Source: Chiloscyllium plagiosum
Lineage: Eukaryota
Direction of reading: 5' to 3'
Length of the DNA: 64,000 nt
Assembly (NCBI RefSeq): GCF_004010195.1
Contig: NC_057718.1
Location: 74,157,604 to 74,221,603 of the forward strand
Shown here: piece by piece, positions 63,591 through 64,000 of the stretch
Layout of the letters: each line of letters begins with the position of its first letter
How positions within the stretch are numbered: the stretch's first letter is position 1
The notes under the pieces: generated by a model
The model's input: only the letters and a program-made list of their open reading frames with translations
What the model was told of the DNA's origin: nothing
Databases searched by the model: none
Translations under genes and position numbers: made by a program

Positions 63591-64000
63591 TCTTTGACAA
63601 ATAAAAAAAAATAACTTGGCCACATTACTTAAGTGCTTTTCATGATGCATTGTTCCACAGTCATAGATGATTGTTTCTTGATTGATTTTCTAAAGATGTT
63701 GATCAGAGTCACCTCTTCAGTTTACTCAATAATACTTATAATTTAGTTTTGTCTTCTCTGAGCCTCCAAGCTTTTCTCATGGGAGGTTTTTTCTGAAACA
63801 GTCCAAAACCTAATTCAAATTCGGATCACTCTCTGACAGACAGACCAACCATCAGCTCTATGAATTCCCAGTAACCATTTAACATCTGCCGTCTGCTTGA
63901 GCATAAAATATTTTCCCAACTTGCTGGAACCAATTCCCAGGTACTGACCTCACTAATATCCAACTTTTGCTATCTGTTTAAACAGAGTCATCTTCCATGG

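Noticed and set aside
59078..64000. NT5E exon 3
   Set aside because: No IIALGHSG or VVGGHSNT peptide found; the exon must lie beyond the window

Overview
Vertebrate nuclear DNA, most likely from a shark (inferred from HE1-type SINEs, shark-type CR1 LINEs and the nucleotidase sequence). One protein-coding gene is supported: exons 4-9 of ecto-5'-nucleotidase/CD73 (NT5E) on the minus strand (59077 down to the stop at 23597), all with canonical AG/GT sites, matching phases, a GPI-type C-terminus and a probable poly(A) signal at 22742-22747. Exons 1-3 lie beyond the right edge. The rest is dense, nested transposon fossil: many CR1 LINEs, HE1 and Deu-type SINEs, L2 and Rex1/Babar fragments, a truncated Gypsy element with Gmr1-like domain order, a probable Harbinger Myb-like fossil, a solo-LTR-like insert, and three Penelope-like (PLE) families. 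There is a 958-N assembly gap at 44240-45197. The most striking structure is a recurrent set of 120-220 bp PLE-terminus insertions with 9-16 bp target-site duplications. Several fold back on themselves around a minimal hammerhead-ribozyme motif, and two sit just downstream of NT5E splice donors. Repeat family names come from motif recognition without a database search, and most repeat boundaries are approximate.
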